Position numbers and translations under genes: made by a program. A stretch of DNA of 64,000 nucleotides from Actinomycetota bacterium (GTDB lineage Bacteria; Actinomycetota; Nitriliruptoria; Nitriliruptorales; JAHWKO01), in the NCBI GenBank assembly GCA_019347675.1, contig JAHWKW010000011.1:5198-69197 (forward strand). Reading direction: 5' to 3'. The notes beneath the pieces are model-generated. The model worked only from the letters and a program-made list of their open reading frames with translations, ran no database searches and was not told the origin of the DNA. Below, piece after piece: positions 19,532 through 28,124 of the stretch (the stretch's first letter is position 1; each line of letters begins with the position of its first letter).

Positions 19532-21175
19532 ATGATCGCAGTTCGGCACGGCTCGAGACGGGTCGCTGCGCTGGTCGCGGCGCTGGCACTGGCGGTCTCC
19601 GGGCTCGCCGCCGCGCCCGCCGGCGCGGCGGAGGCCGACCTTGTCGCTGATCGTCTCGCGCTCACCCGAGCGGCGCGGGCCGCCACCGGTAGCGGGATCG
19701 CGGCGATGCAGGCCCAGCAGCTTCAGCCCCCGCCGCAGCAGCCGGGGACCTCCGTCTGCTTGGGTGACGCCGCCGGTGACACCAAGCGGATGACGACCGG
19801 CGGGTCACCCACCGACCCGGCCGCGACGCCGGAGGACAAGCCGCAAGCCGACATCACGCGCTTCTGCGTCAACTTCGGCCAGTCGCTGGGCCTCACGGTC
19901 ACCACCAGGCAGCTGACCAACCCGCTGGCCGACCCCAACTGGGGGAACGCCACGTTCATCGGCTGGTTCCTCGACATCGACGATGACGGTGACGGCGACT
20001 TCTTCGTCGACTACAGCCTCGACGCCGACGCGCAGCTGACGGCGATCGTGTACGACGTGCGGGGTGGCCAGCCGGTCGAGAGCTGCGCCGCCACCGCGGC
20101 GTTCACCGACCGCCACTCGGTGAGCGACGTGCGCCGCAGCTGCATCGGCGACGCTGAGTCGGTCCGGGCCAGCGTCGCGGTGTTCTACGACGAGAACATC
20201 GACGACGACATCGCGCACAGCGACGTCGCGCCCGACGGCGGGGCGTTCAGCCAGTCCGTCGCCACGCAGCCCCGCGACAAGGGCCGTCACGGCGGGCTGG
20301 AGCGTATGGAGACGTCGGTCAGGATCTCGCAGGCGCGGTTCCCCAACCCGGCGGACGTCAGCCACGTCTACCTCGCCCGCCAGGACCTGTTCGCCGACGC
20401 GGTGGCCGGAGGAGTGCTCACCCGTGGCCCGATCCTGCTGGTGCCCAACTGCGGCGACGTGCTGCAGGTCACCCGCGACGAGATCAGCCGGGTGAACCCC
20501 ACCATCGTGTACGCGCTGGGCGGCAGGCAGGCGATCTGCGACGCGACGCTCCAGCAGGCCGCCGGCGGGCGGCCCACCGCCAGGATCGCCGGGACCGGCC
20601 GGGTCGAGACCGCCGTCGAGATCTCGAAGTTCCAGTTCCCCGACGCCGCCGACGTCACCGACGTGTACCTGGCCCGCGCTGACCTGTTCGTCGACGCGGT
20701 GGTGGGCGGCATCCTCACCCGCGGACCGATCCTGCTGGTCGGCTCGTGCGAAGCGGTCCCCACCGTGGTCCGCAACGAGATCGCCCGGACCCAACCGCAG
20801 CAGGTCGCGGCGCTCGGCGGGACGGCGGCGGTGTGCGAACAGGTGTTGCGGGAGGCCGCCGGTGAGCGGCCCACGCTGCGCCTGGGCGGCACCGGCCGGG
20901 CCCAGACCGCGATCCAGATCAGCCGGTACCAGTTCCCCGGCACCGCCGCCACCGCCTACCTCAGCCGAGCCGACCTCTTCGCTGACGCCGTGGTGGGCGG
21001 GATCCTGATCGACGGTCCGATCCTGCTGGTGCCCAACTGCGTCGCGCCGCCGGATCAGCCGTTCCCGGGTGACGTGCGGGCGGAGATCAGCCGACTGTCG
21101 CCGAGCAGGGTGGTCGCGCTCGGCGGCGTGCGAGCCGTGTGCGAAGCGGTCCTGGACGCGGCGAAGGCAGCGTGA
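19532..21175 (+). CDS. Secreted protein with three cell-wall-binding (CW_binding_2-type) repeats
   Basis: The start is moved to ATG 19532, giving a signal peptide (MIAVRHGSRRVAALVAALALAVSGLAAAPAGAAEA). The C-terminal half has three repeats of about 95 aa (..RMETSVRISQARFP..VYLARQDLFADAVAGGVLTRGPILLV.., ..GRVETAVEISKFQFP.., ..GRAQTAIQISRYQFP..). Confidence 0.8.
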   Translation: MIAVRHGSRRVAALVAALALAVSGLAAAPAGAAEADLVADRLALTRAARAATGSGIAAMQAQQLQPPPQQPGTSVCLGDAAGDTKRMTTGGSPTDPAATPEDKPQADITRFCVNFGQSLGLTVTTRQLTNPLADPNWGNATFIGWFLDIDDDGDGDFFVDYSLDADAQLTAIVYDVRGGQPVESCAATAAFTDRHSVSDVRRSCIGDAESVRASVAVFYDENIDDDIAHSDVAPDGGAFSQSVATQPRDKGRHGGLERMETSVRISQARFPNPADVSHVYLARQDLFADAVAGGVLTRGPILLVPNCGDVLQVTRDEISRVNPTIVYALGGRQAICDATLQQAAGGRPTARIAGTGRVETAVEISKFQFPDAADVTDVYLARADLFVDAVVGGILTRGPILLVGSCEAVPTVVRNEIARTQPQQVAALGGTAAVCEQVLREAAGERPTLRLGGTGRAQTAIQISRYQFPGTAATAYLSRADLFADAVVGGILIDGPILLVPNCVAPPDQPFPGDVRAEISRLSPSRVVALGGVRAVCEAVLDAAKAA

Positions 21176-21777
21176 TGACGCCGACGACGAACGGGGTAGG
21201 GATGAGGCGCACGTCGATCATCGCAGCACTGGCAGCGGCCCTGCTGCTGGTGATGCCCGGTCTTGCGGCGGCGCAGGCGGTGTACCCGCCGGGGCCGTCC
21301 CGGCCGGTGGCGATCATCGTCACCACACCGGGTGCCACGATCACGATCACGGGGTCGAACTGGGGGCCGGGCACGACGGTGACGTTCATCAAGCGCCCGC
21401 CTCCGGCGCGGACGCAGGCGAACGCGGCAGCAACCACGACGGGCGCGGGCGGGTCCCTGTCGGCGCCGACGGCGTCGTCTGACGCCCCGTCCGATCAGGA
21501 GGTCCTGGGCGCCACCACCGTGGAACCCGACGGGACCTACGAGGCGATCATCACCGTGCCTGACGACGCGGTAGGGGACGTGGAGGTCGTGGCAACCGGG
21601 ACCGACGCCGACGGTCAGCACCAGACCGAGACGACGGTCCTGGCGGTCGAGGAGGCGGTTGCCGTCACCCCCGCTCCCCGCGGGCCCGCGATCTGGCAGT
21701 TGCTGCTGGCCGGGCTGGTCGCGGTGGCGCTGGGCGGTGCCGGGGTGGCCGTGCGACGGCGCCGCCACGCCGGCTGA
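21175..21777 (+). CDS. Secreted Ig-like protein with C-terminal membrane anchor
   Basis: The ATG overlaps the upstream TGA (ATGA). It has a signal peptide (SIIAALAAALLLVMPGLAAAQA). After it comes the same AQAxYPPG motif seen in the LPXTG protein at 16384-16890. The C-terminus has a TM segment plus RRRRHAG. Confidence 0.6.
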   Translation: MTPTTNGVGMRRTSIIAALAAALLLVMPGLAAAQAVYPPGPSRPVAIIVTTPGATITITGSNWGPGTTVTFIKRPPPARTQANAAATTTGAGGSLSAPTASSDAPSDQEVLGATTVEPDGTYEAIITVPDDAVGDVEVVATGTDADGQHQTETTVLAVEEAVAVTPAPRGPAIWQLLLAGLVAVALGGAGVAVRRRRHAG

Positions 21778-21826
21778 ACCTCCACCGCGACGCACGACCG
21801 CCGGCTGGATCCGGCGGGGACGAGCA

Positions 21827-21855
21827 GCGGGGCGGGGATCAGATCCCCGCCCCGC
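21827..21855. terminator. GC-rich palindromic hairpin between convergent genes
   Basis: gcggggcggggatc-a-gatccccgccccgc is a near-perfect 14-bp inverted repeat. It lies in the 102-nt gap between the plus-strand gene ending at 21777 and grdA ending at 21880. There is no clear U-tract. Confidence 0.55.
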
Positions 21856-21879
21856 TCGCCGTCTGAACCGGTCAGCCGG

Positions 21880-22338
21880 TCAGCCGGCCTTCTCACGCAT
21901 CGCCGCCACCGCCTCGCTGAGCGCCTCCGGGTCGAGCGCCTCGGCCATCAGGCCGATGTGCTCCTCCCACGCGTCGTCGGGGATGGCGTCCTTCACCTCG
22001 TCCTCCAGGACGTGGTACACGGTGAGGCCCAACTGGGCCTCGGCCAGAGGACCGGCGTAGCTGGGATCGCCGAGAACGACCGTCTCGGCAGCGATCTCGG
22101 CGCTCTCGGGGTCAGGCGCCCCGAGGATGACGAGCAGGTTGTCGGTGCCGTGCTCGTCCGCCAAGTTCTTGATCGCTTCCTGGCTATCCAGGTCCATGGC
22201 CCCCGCCGCCGTTCAGACGAAGCACTCGGTGGCGGTGAACGCCACGTCGCCTCCGGCCTCCTTCACACAGGCTTCGATGGCGGGGCCGGCGACACCGTCG
22301 CGCTCACCGATCACGATCACTTGTTTCCCGTCGAACAT
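21880..22338 (-). CDS. grdA: Glycine/sarcosine/betaine reductase complex selenoprotein A (in-frame TGA = Sec at 22213-22215)
   Basis: Joining the tail of track ORF 22213-22644 (MFDGKQVIVIGERDGVAGPAIEACVKEAGGDVAFTATECFV) through TGA to TAAGAMDLDSQEAIKNLADEHG... (ORF 21880-22197) reproduces the GrdA redox motif CFVU-TAAGAMDL. There is a GGAGGGA ribosome-binding site before ATG 22338. Confidence 0.9.
22179..22192 (-). promoter_or_regulatory. Candidate SECIS hairpin for grdA
   Basis: On the mRNA, 20 nt after the UGA, lies CCUGG-AUAG-CCAGG. The stem is short, so this is tentative. Confidence 0.3.
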
Positions 22339-22388
22339 GTTCCCTCCTTGACGTCCGTTGCTCCCCGTCGGTCGTTCACCCTCCGGCC

Positions 22389-22721
22389 TCAGGTCAGTTG
22401 CTCCAACTCCTCGTTCAGCCACTCCTTGAAGCGTGGCGGCCCGAGGTCGGGGTCGGAGATCCGCGAGACCTCCTCGCCGTCCTGGAACAGGAGGAAGGTC
22501 GGCAGGCCCATCACCTGGTGGTCCATGCACCACCGCCGGTTGTCGTCTGCCTTGACCTTCGCGACCTTCAGGTCGTCCCGCTCCTCGGCGATCTCCTCGA
22601 CGTGGGGCTCGAGCTGCAAGCACGGCTGACAGTCCGGACCCCACACGTCCACCAGCACCAGGCCATCGGACACGATCTCGTCGAAGTTGTCGCTGTTGGC
22701 CTCGATCACTGCCTCAGCCAC
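22389..22721 (-). CDS. Thioredoxin-family protein (atypical CQPC active site)
   Basis: Thioredoxin fold signature LVDVWGPDCQPC ... GLPTFLLFQDGEEV. It is embedded between grdC and grdA, as thioredoxins are in known grd operons. Confidence 0.85.
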   Translation of the reverse strand: MAEAVIEANSDNFDEIVSDGLVLVDVWGPDCQPCLQLEPHVEEIAEERDDLKVAKVKADDNRRWCMDHQVMGLPTFLLFQDGEEVSRISDPDLGPPRFKEWLNEELEQLT

Positions 22722-22723
22722 GT

Positions 22724-24160
22724 CTAGCTCCTTTCTGCGTTGCGTTCCAGAAGCACGCTCATCCCGTCCGAGCTCTGGCTCATCCGCCCGAGGAACAAGC
22801 TGCCCTTGGCCATCAAAAGTACCCGCTCGGCGTCACCGTCGGTCAGCCGGGGTAACGCATGTGGCAGGTAGCACAGGGCCGAGGCGAGGTGACCCTGGCT
22901 CGGGGCGAAGCCTGGCATGCCGCGCTCAGCCACGAACTCGTCGATCTGGTCGCGGTCGATCTCGCCGCGGCGGGCGGCCAACGCCCCCAGGGTGCGGTAG
23001 TTGCGGGTGGCGACGTCTCCCGACCCTTGCGGCTCCATGATCTCGGGGTTGTGCAGCTCGGTGCCGTAGTCGTCGATGTCGAGCATCTTCAGGCCGGCCA
23101 CCTCGAGGGGGCCGATCGCGAGGTCCTGCAGGATCTGGGGGTTGGACCCCCCGGAGCTGACGCGGTGGCGACCGACGGCGTCGAGGCGGATCCGCGGGGA
23201 CGCGCCGTCGTCGGCCTCGACCAGGACGGCGGTGCCGCCGATGACGTCCTCCAGGACCGGAAGGTCGTTCTTCAACCCGCCCTGGAACTTCATCCCGAGC
23301 TTGGCCTGCGACCCGCCCGCGATGATCGCCACGCGGCGGAACACCCCCGCCACCACCAGGCTGGCAGCCACGACCAGCGCCGGGATCGGCGCCGCGCAGA
23401 AGTTCTTCACGTCGAACCCCGACGCATCGGTCAGTCCCGCGACACCGGCGATCGCCTTGGCCATGTTCCCGCCGCCGCGCTGGTAACGGTCCCCCACCGC
23501 CTCCTCAGAGCAGGTCAGCGTGTACTGGATCGAGGACGGGTCGATGTCGTGGTCGTCGAGCAGGTGCAGCAAGGCCAGGGTCCCGGTCGCCTTGACCGTG
23601 AGGTTCTCCAGGAGGACGGGCGCTGCCAGGGACTCGTCGACGTCATGCGCGCGGCGGATCGCGGCGACGACCCGGTCACCTTCGACGTGCACGGCGACGG
23701 CGCCGGACTGGTCGACGGCGGCATCCAGGTCCCCGGCGGCGTCGGTGATCTTGTCCAGATCGATGCCCTTGGCCAGCGGGTGCTCGCCCAGCTTCGCAGC
23801 GGTCTGCTCGGCGAAGTCCGGATCGAGGGTGATCAGGTCGAACTCGTCGACGGCAGCCATCAGCCCGATGAACTCGTCCTCGGGCATCAGCTCACCGCGG
23901 GGCGCGAAGCGTCCCGCGTCCTCATCGGGGTTGCTCACCCACGGGCGCTCGGGGAGCTCGCGGGGGTGAAGGGCACCCAGGTAGGCATGGTGCGGCCGGT
24001 AGGCAACGGCCTCCTCGAAGGTGCGCAGGCTGGCGAAGAACTTCTCGCGCAGCTGCTCGTCCTTGGGCAGCTCCCGCCGCGGTTTCGACCCGTGGCGGAC
24101 CAGCCCGGGGGTGTGCGCCAGCACGGTGGTAGCCGCAGAGATGACGGCTGAATCACTCAT
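22724..24160 (-). CDS. grdC: Glycine reductase complex component C, beta subunit
   Basis: Matches remembered GrdC blocks: VLAHTPGLVRHG, RRAHDVDESL, CSEEAVGDRYQRGGGNMAKA, AGGSQAKLGMK and KGSLFLGRMS. Confidence 0.85.
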   Translation of the reverse strand: MSDSAVISAATTVLAHTPGLVRHGSKPRRELPKDEQLREKFFASLRTFEEAVAYRPHHAYLGALHPRELPERPWVSNPDEDAGRFAPRGELMPEDEFIGLMAAVDEFDLITLDPDFAEQTAAKLGEHPLAKGIDLDKITDAAGDLDAAVDQSGAVAVHVEGDRVVAAIRRAHDVDESLAAPVLLENLTVKATGTLALLHLLDDHDIDPSSIQYTLTCSEEAVGDRYQRGGGNMAKAIAGVAGLTDASGFDVKNFCAAPIPALVVAASLVVAGVFRRVAIIAGGSQAKLGMKFQGGLKNDLPVLEDVIGGTAVLVEADDGASPRIRLDAVGRHRVSSGGSNPQILQDLAIGPLEVAGLKMLDIDDYGTELHNPEIMEPQGSGDVATRNYRTLGALAARRGEIDRDQIDEFVAERGMPGFAPSQGHLASALCYLPHALPRLTDGDAERVLLMAKGSLFLGRMSQSSDGMSVLLERNAERS

Positions 24161-25481
24161 CGTCGTCGCCTTCCTCGCCGTCCATGGAGAACACGGTCGG
24201 TCGTTTCACGGGCGTCGAGACGGCCTCCAGTGCGCGCTCCAACACCCGCCGCCGGTACGCCCGTTCCGCGTCGGGTTCCAGCTCCGGGTCGCCGACCGGG
24301 TGAGGGATCGCACGCCCCGGCACGATCCTGGGAGCACCCACTTTCTCAGCGATCGAGACCAGGTTGGTGATGACCGCGGTCGGGATCCCCGACCGCTCCA
24401 GCTCCTTCGCAAGCGTTGTCCCGCAACGCGTGCCCGTCCCTCAGGTTGCGGTGAGGATCGCGGCTTGCACGTTGGCCTGGTGCAGCTCGGAGGCCCACTC
24501 CACCCCGAAGCTACGCGCGGTCGCAACCGGCGTGCCGTTCCCGATCGTCACCAGGTACTGGTCGTGCAGCTTCCCGATCACCCCGTCGCGTTCGAGCTCG
24601 CGGGCCATGTCCACCGGCAGGATCCGGTTGGGGTCCTCATCGGCTGCGACCGTCGAGAAGCCCCCGTCGACCGACTCGTACTCGCCGGACTCCAGCGAAT
24701 CCGTCCCGTCGAGGGGGTAGCGCAGCCACTTGTTCGCCCGCGACGACGGCAGGCCGTCGGGGTTGCCTGCGGGGACGACCGCTCCTTCGGTGACCAGCGC
24801 CAGGATCACCTCGGACAGATCCTCGACGGGACCGGCGGGAGTCACCATGTCGAACTTAGGAGCGGGGATCTCGGTGGCGTCCTCCTCGCCGGACAGCCGG
24901 CGCAGCAGGAGGTCGAGCGCGCGTTCCGCGGCCCGCTCCTCGACGACCGTGTTCTCCCGCGCGACCCGACCGACCCGGCCATCGTCGGACGTGATCGTCT
25001 CGTCCGCGGCGAGCTTCTTCACCGCCGGAGCCAGCCGCTCGAGCGAGTCGCGCATGTCGCGCGACGTGCTGCCGCTGGCGATCACCGGTGCTGGTGCAGC
25101 TTCGTCCACACCCGGGTTGTCCTCGTGCATGGCGGCGATCGCCGGCAGGCCTGCCTCCGTCGCGGCGGCGGCCAGTCGGGCGCAGGCGAAGCCGTAGCGT
25201 CCGCTGCCGAACGCCGGACCGGCCACGAGCAGGCCGCCGTCGGTTCCCTGGGCCAGCTCCAGGATCTCGTCGATCGCGTCCTCTTCCTGAGTCGCGTAGT
25301 CGTCGCCGCAGACGACCGTCGCGACGATCTCGAAGTCATCGCCGAGCAGCTTGGCCAGAAGGTTGCCCGGGCCGACCGGCCCCTCACGCGCCTCCGGGGG
25401 CGTGTCGGCGACCTCTTCGCGCCCCACGCCCGCGTAGAACTGGTTGATGTAGTGGACGATGCGGGTCGGTTCGTCAGCCAT
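24153..25481 (-). CDS. grdB: Glycine/betaine reductase component B selenoprotein subunit (in-frame TGA = Sec at 24441-24443)
   Basis: N-terminus RIVHYINQFYAGVGREE..GPAFGSGRYG. ORF 24441-25535 ends ...AAILTAT-TGA. Reading through gives U-GTGTRCGTTLAKELERSGIPTAVITNLVSIAEKVGAPRIVPGRAIPHPVGDP, joining ORF 24153-24341. This is the GrdB/F/H UxxCxxC region. The start at ATG 25481 overlaps the grdE stop (TGATG). Confidence 0.9.
24413..24429 (-). promoter_or_regulatory. Candidate SECIS hairpin for grdB
   Basis: On the mRNA, 11 nt after the UGA, lies GCGUUG-CGGGA-CAACGC: a 6-bp perfect stem with a G-rich 5-nt loop. This is the position expected for a bacterial SECIS. Confidence 0.45.
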
Positions 25482-26713
25482 CACGCAGCCTCCCGGCAGG
25501 TCAGGTGCCCCCACCCCAGCGGGTTCAGGGCGCACAGGATCACGGCCACGGGGACCTCCACCTCGGCGGTGGCGTCTGCGTCGGCGTCGTGGAGCCGGTC
25601 ACCACCGAGCGCGCGCTCCACCGCCGGCAGCGACACCTGCTCGTCGTAGTTGCCCAGCGACACCATCGTGGCGTCGCTCCGCGGAGGGGAAACCACGGGC
25701 GTGCCCGTGCCCCCGGGCCCCGACATCTCCGCGAACAGGCCCGCGGTGGGGATGCCGTAGTCGGCCAGTGCGTCGATCTTCAGCGACAGGTCGTTATCGG
25801 CGTTCCCGCCACCCTCCTTGGTGATCACCACGGCGTCGAACCCCGCGACCCGGCACAGGTCAGCCGCGCGGGCCGAGATGTGCTCCTTGGCGCCTTGCTG
25901 GACGGGCTCGGGCGACAGCACCAGCCCCGCGAACGCCAGGTCGCCGCCGTGGCGGCGGCGCAGTGCCGCCACCACCGGGTTGTTGGCGTGCATGTAGCTC
26001 GGGTTGCGCAGCGCCGGATGGCCGTACTGGCCGCTGACCACGATGCCGTCGTCGAGCTCGTCGGGATCGACCAGCGTGGGCAGGCAGTTCGCGAGCGTCT
26101 TGCCGTAGACGAAGACGTCCTTGAAGGAGCCCTGGGTCTGCAGGTTGATGATCGCCCCGACCCGCGGCAGGTCACCGACCGGTCCCGGAGCGGGCGGCTC
26201 CTCGACCGTGTCGGGTTCCGCCTCCAGCGCCGCGTCTCCCAGATGGGCCGCCAGGCGGAGCAGCCCCCGGCGGATCGCGTCATCGACCGCCTCCCAGCTG
26301 GCGTCGTCGGCTTTCTCGAACTCGACGACGATGTTGTGCGTCGAACCGAACGGGGACAGGTCGGACGCCGGGCCCGACATGTCGATCAGGCCCTCCTCGA
26401 GCCGCGGGAGGAAGCCGGCAGCCAGGACGGCGGCGCCGCGAAGGACGTGGGTCTCCTCGCCGCGGGGCTGGTCGACATCCGCGAGCCACCCCGGGTAGAT
26501 CCCCCCACCGCCGGGTCCCTTGCTCCGCGGTTCGACGACGTCGAGGGGCTTGACGATCCGGACGCTGTCGCCCGGCGATGTCACCGACACGCGCACTTGA
26601 CCGAGCGCCGGGTGGGCCACGATGTCTTGGGCTTCGTCCCGGGACACGGTCAGGCGCCCGTCGCTGTAGCTGGTCGCGTCCCCGAGCTCCACCTCGCGGA
26701 CGTTGTGGATCAT
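25481..26713 (-). CDS. grdE: Component B alpha/beta proprotein-like subunit (GrdE/GrdI family)
   Basis: Start at ATG 26713 (MIHNVREVELGD...). Family blocks: SPGDSVRIVKPLDVVEPRSKGPGGGGIYPG, THVLRGAAV, INLQTQG, NPSYMHANNP and ITKEGGGNADNDL. See the findings for the missing canonical Asn-Cys processing site. Confidence 0.8.
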   Translation of the reverse strand: MIHNVREVELGDATSYSDGRLTVSRDEAQDIVAHPALGQVRVSVTSPGDSVRIVKPLDVVEPRSKGPGGGGIYPGWLADVDQPRGEETHVLRGAAVLAAGFLPRLEEGLIDMSGPASDLSPFGSTHNIVVEFEKADDASWEAVDDAIRRGLLRLAAHLGDAALEAEPDTVEEPPAPGPVGDLPRVGAIINLQTQGSFKDVFVYGKTLANCLPTLVDPDELDDGIVVSGQYGHPALRNPSYMHANNPVVAALRRRHGGDLAFAGLVLSPEPVQQGAKEHISARAADLCRVAGFDAVVITKEGGGNADNDLSLKIDALADYGIPTAGLFAEMSGPGGTGTPVVSPPRSDATMVSLGNYDEQVSLPAVERALGGDRLHDADADATAEVEVPVAVILCALNPLGWGHLTCREAA

Positions 26714-26999
26714 CCGCTGCAGTCCCGCCACTGGTCCCTCCGGTCGTCGCAGGCTCCGCTGGAGGTTCGGTCCCTCGAGCACACTCCACCGTAACGCTGC
26801 GACCCCATCACGCACCGGCCACCCGCTCCGGTCATCCGTCCGGAGCCGTACTGACCCCCGGCACGCGGTCGCACGTCAACGCCCAGTTACACTGATTTCC
26901 GACATTATCGGTAAAGGCGACGCCGGGAGCTGCCGAGGTGGTCCGCAAGTTCGAGGAGGATCCCGTGACGGGACGTTCACCGGGTACAGATACCACAGC

Positions 27000-28124
27000 A
27001 TGAACACCGTCTTGATCGTCGACGACAGCGCCAGGGACCGTGCGTCCCTGGCCACGCTGCTGGGCCGTCACGGCGACCATCTCGTCCTGGAGGCCTCCAA
27101 CGGGGCGGAAGGACTCGGCCTCGCTCGCGTGGAGCGGCCGCACCTGATCGTGACCGATGTCATCCTGCCCAAGGTCAACGGCTACGAGCTGATCCGGGAG
27201 TTGCGCGCAGACGAGGTCACCGCAGCGATCCCCATCGTCGTCTACGCGGCCGACTACGTCAGGGCAGAGACGCGCGACCTCGTGGCGGCGTACGGCGTCA
27301 CGAGCTTCATCAGCAAGCCAGCCGAGGAACGCACCGTCCTGGCCAGCGTCGAAGCAGCGTTGGCCGAGCCACGCCCGACGGCCTGCCGGTCCGACCCGTC
27401 GGTCGACCGCCAGCAGGTCAGGTTGCTGAGCGAGAGGCTGCTCGAGCGGGTGCGCGAACTCGAGCTCGCCAACCTGCACCAGGAGACGCTGCTGACCTCG
27501 ACCCTGCGTGTCCAGGACGAGGAGCGCGAGCGGATCGCGTGCGACATCCACGATGACTCGATCCAGGCGATGACAGCCGCCGCTATGCGTCTGGGAGTCC
27601 TCGAACGGCACCTGAACGGTCCCGAAGGCCGCGAGCGGTTGAAGGCTGTGGAAGGCACCGTCCGCGAAGCGATCGCACGGCTGCGCCACCTGCTGTTCCA
27701 GCTGCGACCGCCCGAGCTCGACGAGCATGGGCTCGCCACCGCGCTGGACAGCTACCTCTCCCACGTGGCCGATGACGTCGGCTACCGCTACGAACTCGAG
27801 AACCTCCTCGAGAGCGAACCGAGGATCGAGACCCGACTCGCCCTGTACCGGGTCGCTCAGGAGGCCCTGTTCAACGTCGCCAAGCACGCTGGCGCATCGC
27901 GGGTGCATGTCGTGCTGAGCGAACGCGACGATGGCTACGCGATCCGGATCCGGGACGACGGCGTGGGCTTCGATGTCGCAGCGCAGGGACGGTCGCGTCC
28001 CGGGCACCTCGGTCTCTCGTCGATCCGCCACCGGGCCGAACTGGCGGGCGGCACCTGCCGCATCGAGAGCCGTCCGGGGGCGGGGACCACCGTCGATGTC
28101 TGGATCCCGGGGACAGCTGGGTGA
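27000..28124 (+). CDS. Hybrid receiver / HisKA_3 histidine kinase
   Basis: Start at ATG 27000. REC domain (VLIVDDSARDR..LIVTDVILPKVNG), coiled coil, NarX-type H-box CDIHDDSIQ, and an ATPase domain (VAKHAGAS, IRIRDDGVGF, GLSSIRHRAELAGG). Confidence 0.85.
   Translation: MNTVLIVDDSARDRASLATLLGRHGDHLVLEASNGAEGLGLARVERPHLIVTDVILPKVNGYELIRELRADEVTAAIPIVVYAADYVRAETRDLVAAYGVTSFISKPAEERTVLASVEAALAEPRPTACRSDPSVDRQQVRLLSERLLERVRELELANLHQETLLTSTLRVQDEERERIACDIHDDSIQAMTAAAMRLGVLERHLNGPEGRERLKAVEGTVREAIARLRHLLFQLRPPELDEHGLATALDSYLSHVADDVGYRYELENLLESEPRIETRLALYRVAQEALFNVAKHAGASRVHVVLSERDDGYAIRIRDDGVGFDVAAQGRSRPGHLGLSSIRHRAELAGGTCRIESRPGAGTTVDVWIPGTAG

Noticed and set aside
22339-22644. Upstream ~100 aa of track ORF 22213-22644 as part of grdA
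   Set aside because: It overlaps the thioredoxin gene out of frame. GrdA homology starts at MFDGKQVIVIG (ATG 22338), which has its own ribosome-binding site.
26714-26999. Glycine riboswitch in the ~285-nt leader upstream of the grd operon
   Set aside because: The minus-strand leader lacks the conserved glycine-aptamer cores (GGAGAG ... ACCGAAGGGGCAA-type). Only generic hairpins such as CTCCGG-N8-CCGGAG are seen. Whether another regulatory RNA is present remains open.
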